Assembly (NCBI GenBank): GCA_016214035.1
Contig: JACRPF010000014.1
Span: 292,244 to 356,243 of the forward strand
Direction of reading: 5' to 3'
DNA: 64,000 nucleotides
Source of the DNA: Spirochaetota bacterium
GTDB lineage: Bacteria; Spirochaetota; Brachyspiria; Brachyspirales; JACRPF01
The notes under the pieces: model-generated
Seen by the model: the letters and a program-made list of their open reading frames with translations, nothing else
Told to the model about the DNA's origin: nothing
The model's database searches: none
In this document: positions 54,619-63,581 of the stretch, one piece after another
How the letters are laid out: each line of letters starts with the position of its first letter
Position numbering within the stretch: position 1 is the first letter of the stretch
Made by a program: the position numbers and the translations under genes

Positions 54619-57600
54619 TCAGGTGACCGCGGGCAGCATTATCTGAACCTGGGTGCCTTTCCCGAGCTCGGATGAAAATGCTATCGTGCCGCGGTGATCT
54701 TTAATAATGGCGAAACAGATGAACAGTCCCAACCCCATGCCGCCGCTCTCCCGTTTTGTTGTAAAGAACGGCGTCATCACGTTCTTCATCTCGTCGTCGG
54801 TGAAGCCTCTGCCTTCATCACGCACAATTATCTGGACATTGCCGGCATGATCATTCTTTGTGGCAAGGAATATCCGCTGTTCCGGACTCGACAAAGCCTG
54901 ATATGCGTTCGAAAGTATGTTCACCATCACCTGCTCAATCTGCTGACGGTTGCCGCGCACCATCGGCAGATGCTCGTCGCGTTCCATAATGATGCCTGTC
55001 GCCGCTTTCTTGAGCGTCCCGCCGATGAGCATGAGCGCGGTGTCGATGACGAGATTGATGTTCACCAGTTCGGTATGCAGGGGCGGTTCTTTCCGTGAAT
55101 ATTCCTTAAGGCTTTCAACGATCGATTTTATTTTCCAGCTGCTCTGTACTGTTTTTTCGAACAGCTCCTTGATTTTCGCCGCCTTCACGCTGTACGGGAG
55201 TCCCGCCACCAGAAAATCGCCGTTCTGCTCATGATACTCGTTCAGAATCGGCTCAATGCTCGCCCATGCGTCTCGGAGACATGAAAGACTCGTGATGATG
55301 AACTGATTGGGATTATTGATCTCATGCGCTATCCCCGCCACCATGATGCCAAGTGACCGCATCTTCTCCGCATGCTGCAGACCACGCTCCAGCAGACTCG
55401 CTTTTTCCTCGGCAATTTTACGCTCATTGAGCTCGTTGACAAGTTTCTCATTCGCTATCTGCAGCTCCGCGGTACGCTCGGAAACCCGCGCCTCCAGTTC
55501 GTCTTTCGCCCTGCGCAGATATTCCTCGTTTTTCAGGCGCAGCATCGCCGCCGCGGCCTGATCGGCTATGGCCTTCATGAGGGCCAGTTCATCTTCGGTA
55601 AACACCTCACGGTTTTTTGTGCCGAACGAAAGCGTGCCGATGACCTTCCCTCCGACACCGAACAGCGGGTGACAGGCATATGCGGTTATCCCGAATGATT
55701 TGATGACAGCGGCATCTTGATCAGAAGATTCCGGTATATGCTCGGCAAGGAATCTGTTCCCGTCCCGCCCTGCAAAGACTGCGCCGGCGGTATCCAAAGG
55801 CATATGTGCAATTCGTTGTGCCTCGTCGTCGCGGATACCGGCATATGCATTCAGATGCAGCGTGTTCGCATCATCATCGACAAGAAAATTGAAAAACACC
55901 TGACAGTCAAGTTTCTGCATCACCTCGCGGCAGAACGATTCAACTGTTTTCTGCGAGTCCTGTGCGAGCAGGAGTTCCCCCGCTGTTTTCGAGAGCAGTT
56001 CAAAATGGCTTACACTCTGTGTGAGCGCGCGTTCAATGCGTTTGCGGAGTATCACCTGCATTATCGCCGGCACCAGCGCCTCGAGGTTTTCCTTATCCTC
56101 ATCACTGTATCCGCCGTCCCGGTTTGCAACAGCCAGCATGCCGAAGACACGCTCGCCGTATATCAGCGGCACACCGAGTATGGTATGCAGGAGCGGATGT
56201 CCTTCAGGCATGCTGAGATTATACATATGCGCGGTAAGATTATTGGAATACAGGCTTATCCCCTCAGTCAGGATGCGGCCGAATATTCCATGTGCGGAAA
56301 AATTGGACGGCGGCTTCCGGTGCCCCGTTTTGTCCGTCATCATACAGAGATCCCATCCCGTCTCGCTCACCGCGATATCGCGGAAAACACCGTCAGGATC
56401 GATTTCGCCGATAAACCCGTATTTGCTGCCGGTGACGAACTGAGCCGTCTTGAGACATGTCCTGCCAAGCTCATCCTCTTCCTCAATCCGCATGGCATCT
56501 TCAAATATCCTGTTGATGCCCTGCTGCACCCTGTTCTGCCGCGATACTTTTTCCTCCATGTTCTTATGCTCGGTGATATCCTGAACGAATCCCATCGACC
56601 GTACAACACGTCCTTCCGCATCGCGCAGATACCGCCATTTATTGCGGACGATGAGCGCAGTTCCATTGCGTACTATCCGGTGCTCGAGCTCATATTCGTC
56701 GCGGCATCCGTTATTCGAACTGTCATATGCCGCACGCACTTTTGCGCGGTCATCCGGATGAACCGTCTCGAGAAATGCGTCAAAGGAGGCTTTGCATTCA
56801 CGCGGCTGAAATCCCAGCAGCCGATAGAAGGCGTCTGACCAGTAGTATGTGCCTGTTGCAGCGTCAAGCTCCCAGCTTCCCAAACGCGCGATCTCCTGCA
56901 CCCGTGTGAAATGCTCAGCGTCTACCGACACGGCTTTGGCCTCAAAGGTGCGGTCTTCCTGTATATTCATACCGGAAATATCTATCCCGATTTCGAGTAT
57001 GAGCGATTCGCCGTTCAGGTCGGTGAAGGGATAATCATAGATATCATAGTGCCGGCCGTCACGCTTCGTCCTGCTCCAGTGATATGGCTTCCCGGTCGTC
57101 TGTACCCTGAATGACTCGCACGGCTCGCAGGGTTTTGTTCTGTCGAACAGATATTCATAACAGTGTTTATTTTTAAGCTCCCCGAAACGCTCACGGAACA
57201 GACGATTGGCGAATACGATGCGGTAATCAGATGCGATAAGGATCACATATACCGGTAAAAGCTCGAGTACCTGATAGAACCGTTCGCGCTCGGCTTTAAT
57301 CTCAGACTCGGCCTTGTTCCTGACGATTATTTCCGTATCAAGCGCACGATTGATATCCAGAAGCTTCGCCGTTCTGTTCTGAACAATCTCCTCCAGCTCG
57401 GCGTATGCATCCTTGAGCTTGTCCTCCATCGTCTTTCTTTCTATGGCATAACGCAATGCACGCAGCAGCGTCGGTCCGTCAACGGACCCCTTGACGATAT
57501 AGTCCTGAACTCCGTGACGTATCGCCTCAATCCCGGCAACTTCATCGGACAATCCCGTCAGAACGACAATAGGCATCTGCGGAGCGGCTTCACGTATCCG

Positions 57601-57807
57601 CGCATACGTGCCTACACCGGAGCTGTCGTGAAGCGTCAGATCAAGAAGCACTACATCAAAGGCGAGTTCCCGCAATTTGACAATGGCGTCCCCCATACAA
57701 TCCACCCAGGTCACATCATAGAACGATTCTTTTACATCAGCCAGGCTGAGCTGTAAAAGCTCCGCGTCCGATGCGTTGTCTTCAACAAGAAGAATGTGGA
57801 TATTCAT
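54619..57807 (-). CDS. Hybrid sensor histidine kinase: N-terminal REC, PAS x2, GAF x2, HisKA, HATPase
   Basis: REC (ILLVEDNASD...VVLLDLTL...VKG), PAS regions (e.g. WELDAATGTYYWSDAFYRLLGF), GAF-like blocks, H-box AGIAHEINNPNQF, and the ATPase G-boxes RDEGRGF and GGMGLGLFIC. Sits 11 nt upstream of the NtrC-like gene. Confidence 0.9.
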   Translation of the reverse strand: MNIHILLVEDNASDAELLQLSLADVKESFYDVTWVDCMGDAIVKLRELAFDVVLLDLTLHDSSGVGTYARIREAAPQMPIVVLTGLSDEVAGIEAIRHGVQDYIVKGSVDGPTLLRALRYAIERKTMEDKLKDAYAELEEIVQNRTAKLLDINRALDTEIIVRNKAESEIKAERERFYQVLELLPVYVILIASDYRIVFANRLFRERFGELKNKHCYEYLFDRTKPCEPCESFRVQTTGKPYHWSRTKRDGRHYDIYDYPFTDLNGESLILEIGIDISGMNIQEDRTFEAKAVSVDAEHFTRVQEIARLGSWELDAATGTYYWSDAFYRLLGFQPRECKASFDAFLETVHPDDRAKVRAAYDSSNNGCRDEYELEHRIVRNGTALIVRNKWRYLRDAEGRVVRSMGFVQDITEHKNMEEKVSRQNRVQQGINRIFEDAMRIEEEDELGRTCLKTAQFVTGSKYGFIGEIDPDGVFRDIAVSETGWDLCMMTDKTGHRKPPSNFSAHGIFGRILTEGISLYSNNLTAHMYNLSMPEGHPLLHTILGVPLIYGERVFGMLAVANRDGGYSDEDKENLEALVPAIMQVILRKRIERALTQSVSHFELLSKTAGELLLAQDSQKTVESFCREVMQKLDCQVFFNFLVDDDANTLHLNAYAGIRDDEAQRIAHMPLDTAGAVFAGRDGNRFLAEHIPESSDQDAAVIKSFGITAYACHPLFGVGGKVIGTLSFGTKNREVFTEDELALMKAIADQAAAAMLRLKNEEYLRRAKDELEARVSERTAELQIANEKLVNELNERKIAEEKASLLERGLQHAEKMRSLGIMVAGIAHEINNPNQFIITSLSCLRDAWASIEPILNEYHEQNGDFLVAGLPYSVKAAKIKELFEKTVQSSWKIKSIVESLKEYSRKEPPLHTELVNINLVIDTALMLIGGTLKKAATGIIMERDEHLPMVRGNRQQIEQVMVNILSNAYQALSSPEQRIFLATKNDHAGNVQIIVRDEGRGFTDDEMKNVMTPFFTTKRESGGMGLGLFICFAIIKDHRGTIAFSSELGKGTQVQIMLPAVT

Positions 57808-58078
57808 ACCGCTCCTGAATCTGCAGAAACTATCTAAAAAAAAGCAGCACTATCTTTTTGATTTTCTGAACACGCACATGATTATCATTACACAACTCCT
57901 AAGGAAAATACACATCCAAGGGCCTTTCTATATATTTTAATGTAGTAAAAAAGGAAGTCAAGTTTTATATTCTGTATCAGAAAACATCCCGCGCCAACAC
58001 CGCTTGTTTTTTACTTGATTCAAAGTTATATTCCACTAAAGTATTACGTGCAATTATAATTGATTCGGCGAGGACAGT

Positions 58079-58576
58079 ATGGCAAAAGACGCAAGTTTCG
58101 ACATCGTTTCCCAGGCAGATCTTCAGATGGTCGACGATGCGGTGAATACCGCTATGCGCGAAATTGATAACCGATTCGATCTCAAAGGGCTCGGTATTTC
58201 CATTACGCTTGAACGCACCGCGAAAACCATTACGCTGTTCGCGCCGTCTGATTTTCAGATCGATATGATCAAGCAGATACTTGTACAGAAAATGACCAAG
58301 CGCGGCTTGAGCGCGAAAGTGATGAAAGTAAAAACCACTGAAGCCGCCACCGGCGGTGCGGTACGCGAGGTCAACGATATTATCACCGGCGTCGACAAGG
58401 AAGTCGCAAAAACGATCATAAAAGATATAAAAGACATGAAATACAAGGTGCAGACTTCAATTCAGGATGAGCAGATTCGTGTTGTCAGCCCCAGCAAGGA
58501 CGAGCTGCAGAAGGTGATTGCGCTCATACGCGGTAAGGATTACCCCATCGCATTGCAGTTCACGAATTTCAGATAA
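58079..58576 (+). CDS. yajQ: YajQ-family (UPF0234) nucleotide / c-di-GMP-binding protein
   Basis: [37 protein letters not shown] is the canonical YajQ N-terminus. 165 aa. GAGGA RBS. Confidence 0.9.
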   Translation: MAKDASFDIVSQADLQMVDDAVNTAMREIDNRFDLKGLGISITLERTAKTITLFAPSDFQIDMIKQILVQKMTKRGLSAKVMKVKTTEAATGGAVREVNDIITGVDKEVAKTIIKDIKDMKYKVQTSIQDEQIRVVSPSKDELQKVIALIRGKDYPIALQFTNFR

Positions 58577-58704
58577 GCGGGCTACACCGGCAACAACGGG
58601 AGAAGATACATACATACCACGCGCACGATGCGCGACAATAACGTGAAATAAACCTTGCCCGCTTACGCTAGCGCCAGCGGTGCCGGAAGCACCGCGAGAG
58701 CGAC
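58577..58704 (+). repeat. Copy A of the ~130-nt dispersed 3'-of-gene repeat (other copy at 11920-12054)
   Basis: Begins at the first base after the yajQ stop. Contains the core GATGCGCGACAATAACGTGAAA (58627-58648) and the hairpin GCGGTGC-cggaa-GCACCGC (58677-58695). Confidence 0.6.
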
Positions 58705-58767
58705 AATATCCCGTATCAAGCAGTAACGTGTAGAAGTAGAATGTTCGGCGGAATTCTCGAAGCGCGC

Positions 58768-59523
58768 TTAGCGCACATTGATTCCCGCATTTTTCAACGC
58801 GGTTCTCACGTCCCCTATCGAAAGTTCCCGGTAATGGAATATACTGGCGGCGAGTACCGCATCCGCCTTGCCGATGGTGAATGCGTCCACCATGTGCTGT
58901 ACATTTCCGGCGCCGCCTGAAGCGATGACGGGAATTTTCACCATGGTTGCAACGGCGGCATTCAGCTCATTGTCGAATCCGTTCTTTGTGCCGTCGCAGT
59001 CCATGCTGGTCAGAAGCACCTCTCCGGCGCCCCGGCTCTCCGCATCCTTTATCCACGTGAGCACATCAATACCGGTGGGCGTTCTCCCCCCGGCGACATA
59101 TACTTCCCAGCCGCCGCCCGCGCGTCGTTTCGCGTCACAGGCAAGCACAATGCACTGAGAGCCGAACATCTTTGCGCCGTCGCTGATGAGCGCCGGATTT
59201 TTCACCGCAGCGGAATTTATCGCTATCTTGTCGGCACCCGCGACGAGAAGATTTCGCATATCCTCTACGGTGCGTATGCCCCCGCCGATGGTAAACGGTA
59301 TGAACAGTGATTCCGCCACGCGGCGTGCAAGATCGATGAGCGTTGCCCGTTTCTCATAGGTGGCGGTTATATCGAGAAATACTACCTCGTCGGCCTTTTC
59401 TTTATCGTAAAAAACGGCGTTATCAACCGGATCGCCCGCATCTTTAATATTGACAAAGTTCACCCCTTTGACAACACGTCCGTCCTTGATATCGAGGCAG
59501 GGAATGATGCGTTTAGCGAGCAT
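58768..59523 (-). CDS. hisF: Imidazole glycerol phosphate synthase cyclase subunit HisF
   Basis: [23 protein letters not shown]...TIGGGIR...[12 protein letters not shown]...IASGGAG is the canonical HisF sequence. Confidence 0.95.
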   Translation of the reverse strand: MLAKRIIPCLDIKDGRVVKGVNFVNIKDAGDPVDNAVFYDKEKADEVVFLDITATYEKRATLIDLARRVAESLFIPFTIGGGIRTVEDMRNLLVAGADKIAINSAAVKNPALISDGAKMFGSQCIVLACDAKRRAGGGWEVYVAGGRTPTGIDVLTWIKDAESRGAGEVLLTSMDCDGTKNGFDNELNAAVATMVKIPVIASGGAGNVQHMVDAFTIGKADAVLAASIFHYRELSIGDVRTALKNAGINVR

Positions 59524-59618
59524 ATGAAATCCTTATTCGATATGGCAATAATACAGCATATTTTGAAAAAATAAAATGCCGGTTGCCAAATCGCGACCTC
59601 CTGATATAATCATTTTCA

Positions 59619-60275
59619 ATGAAAAATATCGGCATTATCATCTGCCTTATGTATTCTATCGCCGCGTGCATGGCCGCTGAATACGATTTCCGTTTTGCGG
59701 TGCTTAAATATGACGGCGGCGGAGACTGGTACGAAGCGAAAGTGGGCGTCATCAATCTCATGAAGGCGCTCAGGGAAGCATCACCCATGAACCCCGCGCC
59801 GGAGCCGTCGGTAGTCTCCGCACGCGACCGCGAGCTCTTCCTCTACCCGATTATCTTCATCAACGGTCACGGCAACATCAGCTTTGATGATGCGGAAGTG
59901 CGCGCGCTCCGGTCATATATCGAGCATGGCGGTTTTATATTCGCCAACGATGATTTCGGCATGAATGAATCATTCCGCCGCGAGATGAAAAAAGTGTTTC
60001 CCGAGAGCGGTTTCGTGGAGCTGCCGGTGACACACGAGCTCTACCGATCCCCATATCAATTTCCCGCGGGACTGCCGAAAATACACGAACATGACGGCGG
60101 ACCTCCGAAAGGCTATGGCATATTCCACCGCGGACGGCTCGCGGTATTCTATGCCTTTGACGCGGACATTGCCGACGGCTGGGCCGATCCCGAAGTACAT
60201 AAAACACCGGAAGCAAAACGCCGTGAAGCGCTGCACATGGGCGTGAATATTATCCTGTACGGACTTACGCATTAA
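59619..60275 (+). CDS. DUF4159-domain exported protein
   Basis: Signal peptide, then FAVLKYDGGGDWY...LFLYPIIFINGHGNISFDDAEVRALRSYIEHGGFIFANDDFG...HELYRSPY, typical of DUF4159. Confidence 0.75.
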   Translation: MKNIGIIICLMYSIAACMAAEYDFRFAVLKYDGGGDWYEAKVGVINLMKALREASPMNPAPEPSVVSARDRELFLYPIIFINGHGNISFDDAEVRALRSYIEHGGFIFANDDFGMNESFRREMKKVFPESGFVELPVTHELYRSPYQFPAGLPKIHEHDGGPPKGYGIFHRGRLAVFYAFDADIADGWADPEVHKTPEAKRREALHMGVNIILYGLTH

Positions 60276-60298
60276 GAAATTGAGAAACTGAGGAACCT

Positions 60299-60982
60299 AT
60301 GATAGAAGCAACACAGACACCGAACATGTATATCCGTAAACCCCAGCGCAGCGTCTTTATCATTTTACGGAAAATCATTGTCGGCATAGCCTCTGCCATG
60401 CTTGCGTGGGGATTCGTCAGCGAATGTTTTGTAACCGTGAGCCGCACACCTTCTGACACGATGGCGCCTACGATAAAAAAGAGCGAACTTATATTTATAA
60501 ATAAATTATCGTACGGCTTACGCCTTCCATTCTTTGTCGGTAAGGATTCCGGACGCACCTTCGTTTACCGCACACCCCGGCTTGGCGATATAGTGCTCGT
60601 CAGCGACCCTTCAAAACGTGATGCGCCGCTGCCGCTCCGCATGCTCGTGTTTCCAATATATGCAGTGACGCTCGGCCGGGTGGATCTCGCCCCCAAACAT
60701 TATCTTGTAAAAAGGGTTGTCGGGCTTCCGAACGACAAGATATCAATACGATTCAAGCGGATCTACGTGAACGACCGGCTGCTCGAGGAGCGATGGACCA
60801 CCGAACACCGCGACTCCCGCATCCTCCCCGAATCCGTTTCACGCCGCGACGAGGTGCCGCCGACAGTACTTCCGGCGAATCATTATTATGTGCTCGGCGA
60901 CAATCGGGATTACAATTATGACAGCAGAGAATTCGGGTTCGTATCGTTTTCACGCATCGCGGGACAGGTTATCGGAAAGTAA
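60299..60982 (+). CDS. lepB: Signal peptidase I (S26) homolog with Thr at the nucleophile position
   Basis: TM anchor, box B SDTMAPTI (canonical S-x-S-M-x-P-T), box D KRVVGLPNDKI (general-base Lys retained), box E GDNRDYNYDSREFGFV. Confidence 0.8.
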   Translation: MIEATQTPNMYIRKPQRSVFIILRKIIVGIASAMLAWGFVSECFVTVSRTPSDTMAPTIKKSELIFINKLSYGLRLPFFVGKDSGRTFVYRTPRLGDIVLVSDPSKRDAPLPLRMLVFPIYAVTLGRVDLAPKHYLVKRVVGLPNDKISIRFKRIYVNDRLLEERWTTEHRDSRILPESVSRRDEVPPTVLPANHYYVLGDNRDYNYDSREFGFVSFSRIAGQVIGK

Positions 60983-61001
60983 CCGGCAGCGTTTCACGAC
61001 A

Positions 61002-62042
61002 CTATTCACTCAGCCCTAATTCACCCTGTGAAATATCCGAATACGCCGCGGTTACTTTACGGTGCAGCACCGCTATGTCACTGTCAGTTTGAAAAGCGAT
61101 AAAGTCGATGATATGCTGACCGACATCCTCCGGCCTTTGGGCCTTGAACCGTGCCGGCAGCAGATCCGGATGGCGGTGAAAATAGTTGTAGACATCTTCA
61201 ATGACATGAAACACATCCTCAATCTCGCGTAACAGCGGAGGACTTTCATACACGCGTTCAAACATGAACGCGCGGAGCGTTTCTGTGGTATCAAGCACAC
61301 GTGCGTGCATGCTGATGTGCGGCTTGTCGATGCTCGCCTCGATGACGGCAAGCACCATCGTATTGATGCGCTCCGAGTATGAATCACCGAGCACACGGCG
61401 GCATTCGGCGGGTATCTCTTCAGGCGGCAGGATACCGAATCGTATCGCGTCATCGATATCGTGATTGATATAGGCGATTGAATCGCAGATGCGGACGATG
61501 GACGACTCAAGCGTCATCGGCTTTACCCGATCGTCTATCATGCGCCCTTTACCCTTGGTGTGATGCAGTATGCCGTCACGCACCTCGAGCGTGAGATTGA
61601 GCCCCTTCCCTTTTTCAAGCACATCGACAACGCGCAGACTGTGCGTGCTGTGATGGAATCCGCCGCCGACAAGCCGGTTGATCGCCTTTTCGCCCGCGTG
61701 ACCGAACGGCGTGTGCCCGAGATCATGCGCAAGCGCTATGGCTTCGGTAAGGTCTTCGTTGAGCCGGAGTGCACGCGCTATCGTCCGCGCAAGCTGGGTA
61801 ACCTCGAGCGTGTGCGTGAGCCGGGTGCGATATGCCCCCGACGTGGATATGATAACCTGAGTCTTATCCTTCAACCGCCGGAAATATTCACTGTGGATGA
61901 TGCGGTCGCGGTCGTGCATATAGACGGTGCGAAGTTCATCCTCGGTACGCGGCGTGAGCGTGCCCCGCGATTCAACGGCACGAGCCGCATACGGGGAAAG
62001 CGTTTCCCGTTCTCTGGATTCAAGCATTTCACGTATATTCAT
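61002..62042 (-). CDS. dgt: dGTP triphosphohydrolase-like HD-domain protein
   Basis: RTRLTHTLEVTQLARTIARAL...AHDLGHTPFGHAGE (HD motif) plus the conserved FRRLKDKTQV and DIDD blocks of the dGTPase family. Confidence 0.85.
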   Translation of the reverse strand: MNIREMLESRERETLSPYAARAVESRGTLTPRTEDELRTVYMHDRDRIIHSEYFRRLKDKTQVIISTSGAYRTRLTHTLEVTQLARTIARALRLNEDLTEAIALAHDLGHTPFGHAGEKAINRLVGGGFHHSTHSLRVVDVLEKGKGLNLTLEVRDGILHHTKGKGRMIDDRVKPMTLESSIVRICDSIAYINHDIDDAIRFGILPPEEIPAECRRVLGDSYSERINTMVLAVIEASIDKPHISMHARVLDTTETLRAFMFERVYESPPLLREIEDVFHVIEDVYNYFHRHPDLLPARFKAQRPEDVGQHIIDFIAFQTDSDIAVLHRKVTAAYSDISQGELGLSE

Positions 62043-62045
62043 ATT

Positions 62046-62795
62046 TCACCGGAGATGCGACGCGAGTTTTTTCCCGTCATCGATCCACGACCAGTACCGC
62101 TTCGGGATGAAATGTGTGAGGAGCCGCATATTCTTACGCTCAGGAATGTACTGCGTATCATAATACCGGTCAAAGAGCTCGGCAAGGCTGTCGCGTCCGC
62201 GCGCTTTTATCTCAACGCTGTCTATCTTCTCGGCATCGCCGGAAAAATAGATATGACCATTATTCTCTATCGCGATGTTCTTTCCGGGATGTCTGCGCTT
62301 AAAAAAAGAGATGAGTGCATCGGTGATATCGAATGACGTTTGAATGCGGCCGTACAGCACATTCGCGTTCGCCGGCGCAAGCCTGATAAAACCGAGCATG
62401 CGATGCCATTCCCGCATCGACTGATTGGAAAGCTCAAGGAACCGGGCGTCCGCGGCATCGGCCTTCTGAAGAACGGCGTCGATGCCCTGCGAGAAGCTTC
62501 TGATAACCACATCGTTGATGATCGAAACACGCTCGTTTTTCTGATGACGCGATGCCCAAAACAGGTGCCGCCGCATCATGTTTTTCTTCTTCGCGTTGCG
62601 ATAGGAATCATGAAAATCGCCGAAACGGTCTTTATACCGGCATGCCGTTTCACGTATGGCAAAATCGGCGATATGTACCGGTGCGGCGAGCGAAAGACTT
62701 GAAATGGAATCCCAGAGCTCGATGCCGTCAAGGCGCGCAAGCATGACCGCATGCAGGCAGTCGTCAGGGTCTTTCGGCAGTGCGATGATGTTCAT
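62046..62795 (-). CDS. DUF4130 / TIGR03915-like putative DNA-metabolism protein
   Basis: REWHRMLGFIRL...VLYGRI...FFKRRHP...IENNGHIYF...LFDRYYDTQYIPERKNMRLLTHFIPKRYWSWI resembles the conserved C-terminal blocks of this family. No partner radical-SAM gene is adjacent. Confidence 0.55.
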   Translation of the reverse strand: MNIIALPKDPDDCLHAVMLARLDGIELWDSISSLSLAAPVHIADFAIRETACRYKDRFGDFHDSYRNAKKKNMMRRHLFWASRHQKNERVSIINDVVIRSFSQGIDAVLQKADAADARFLELSNQSMREWHRMLGFIRLAPANANVLYGRIQTSFDITDALISFFKRRHPGKNIAIENNGHIYFSGDAEKIDSVEIKARGRDSLAELFDRYYDTQYIPERKNMRLLTHFIPKRYWSWIDDGKKLASHLR

Positions 62796-63038
62796 ACCAC
62801 GGCATTGTATAACCGCTGCACGTTTTTATCAACGTATCTAAACGCGTATATGGCCCAATTCGTATCGAATGCGATATTTCTCCCGCCATACTTGACTTTT
62901 ATGGTCCTCTTCATATAATTAAGAAAGCTGGGAATTGTGTGATCATGAAGCCGACCTGCTCCTTTCACCTCTTTGCAGCAGCGTTTTGTTATTGAACAGT
63001 GTTTAATCCGGGCCGACTTGTTATGGAGGAATGTATTT

Positions 63039-63482
63039 ATGGAAGACCTTGTTGTAAAAACTGAATATCTCGGCGGCAATCAGGAGATTGCTCTCATTAC
63101 CGCAAAAGGATATATCGATACGGTAACGGTACCGGAAGTGGAGAAAGCACTTCAGGGTATCATTCAGGGTAAAAAGTATAAGATAATTGTCGATCTGAAA
63201 AACATCGACTATGTGTCCAGCGCCGGCTGGGGCGCGTTTGTCAGCGAAATAAAGGACCTTCGTGACAACAAGGGAGACCTGGTGCTCATCAACATGTCGC
63301 CGGACGTCTATGACGTGTATGAACTTATGGAATTCTCAAGCATATTGAAGGCATATTCCGACATAAAGGAAGCGGTCACGCATTTCGGCGGAGAAAAGAT
63401 TATCAAAGAATCTTTTGTGGATCCTTCGAAAGGCATGGTTAAAGGCCAGTCTGTCTTCGATAAGAACAAAAAGAATAAATAA
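63039..63482 (+). CDS. STAS-domain anti-sigma-factor antagonist (third copy in window)
   Basis: IIVDLKNIDYVSSAGWGAFVSEIKDLRDNKGDLVLINM. Start set at the ATG 63039 (GGAGGA 9 nt upstream); the track ORF starts at 62973. Confidence 0.8.
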   Translation: MEDLVVKTEYLGGNQEIALITAKGYIDTVTVPEVEKALQGIIQGKKYKIIVDLKNIDYVSSAGWGAFVSEIKDLRDNKGDLVLINMSPDVYDVYELMEFSSILKAYSDIKEAVTHFGGEKIIKESFVDPSKGMVKGQSVFDKNKKNK

Positions 63483-63581
63483 TCCCCGCTTTATTTGACC
63501 TACAGCACGGCTATAAAAATGTCGATAATATAGAGGCAGGTTGTCGCCTATTTGCCTGCATGATACTCGACGGAGACACCT

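Noticed and set aside
58768-59523. hisF standing alone without hisH, hisA or other his genes
   Set aside because: Dispersed his genes are common in many phyla, and nothing in the sequence suggests a non-canonical role. Noted only as context.
62792-63079. 95-aa minus-strand ORF between the DUF4130-like gene and the third STAS gene
   Set aside because: It overlaps the STAS gene start and its RBS, and I recognise no motif or convincing RBS. It might hide a ~40-aa leader peptide (MKRTIKVKYGG...) ending in an ATGA overlap at 62792-62795, but I cannot support that from sequence alone.
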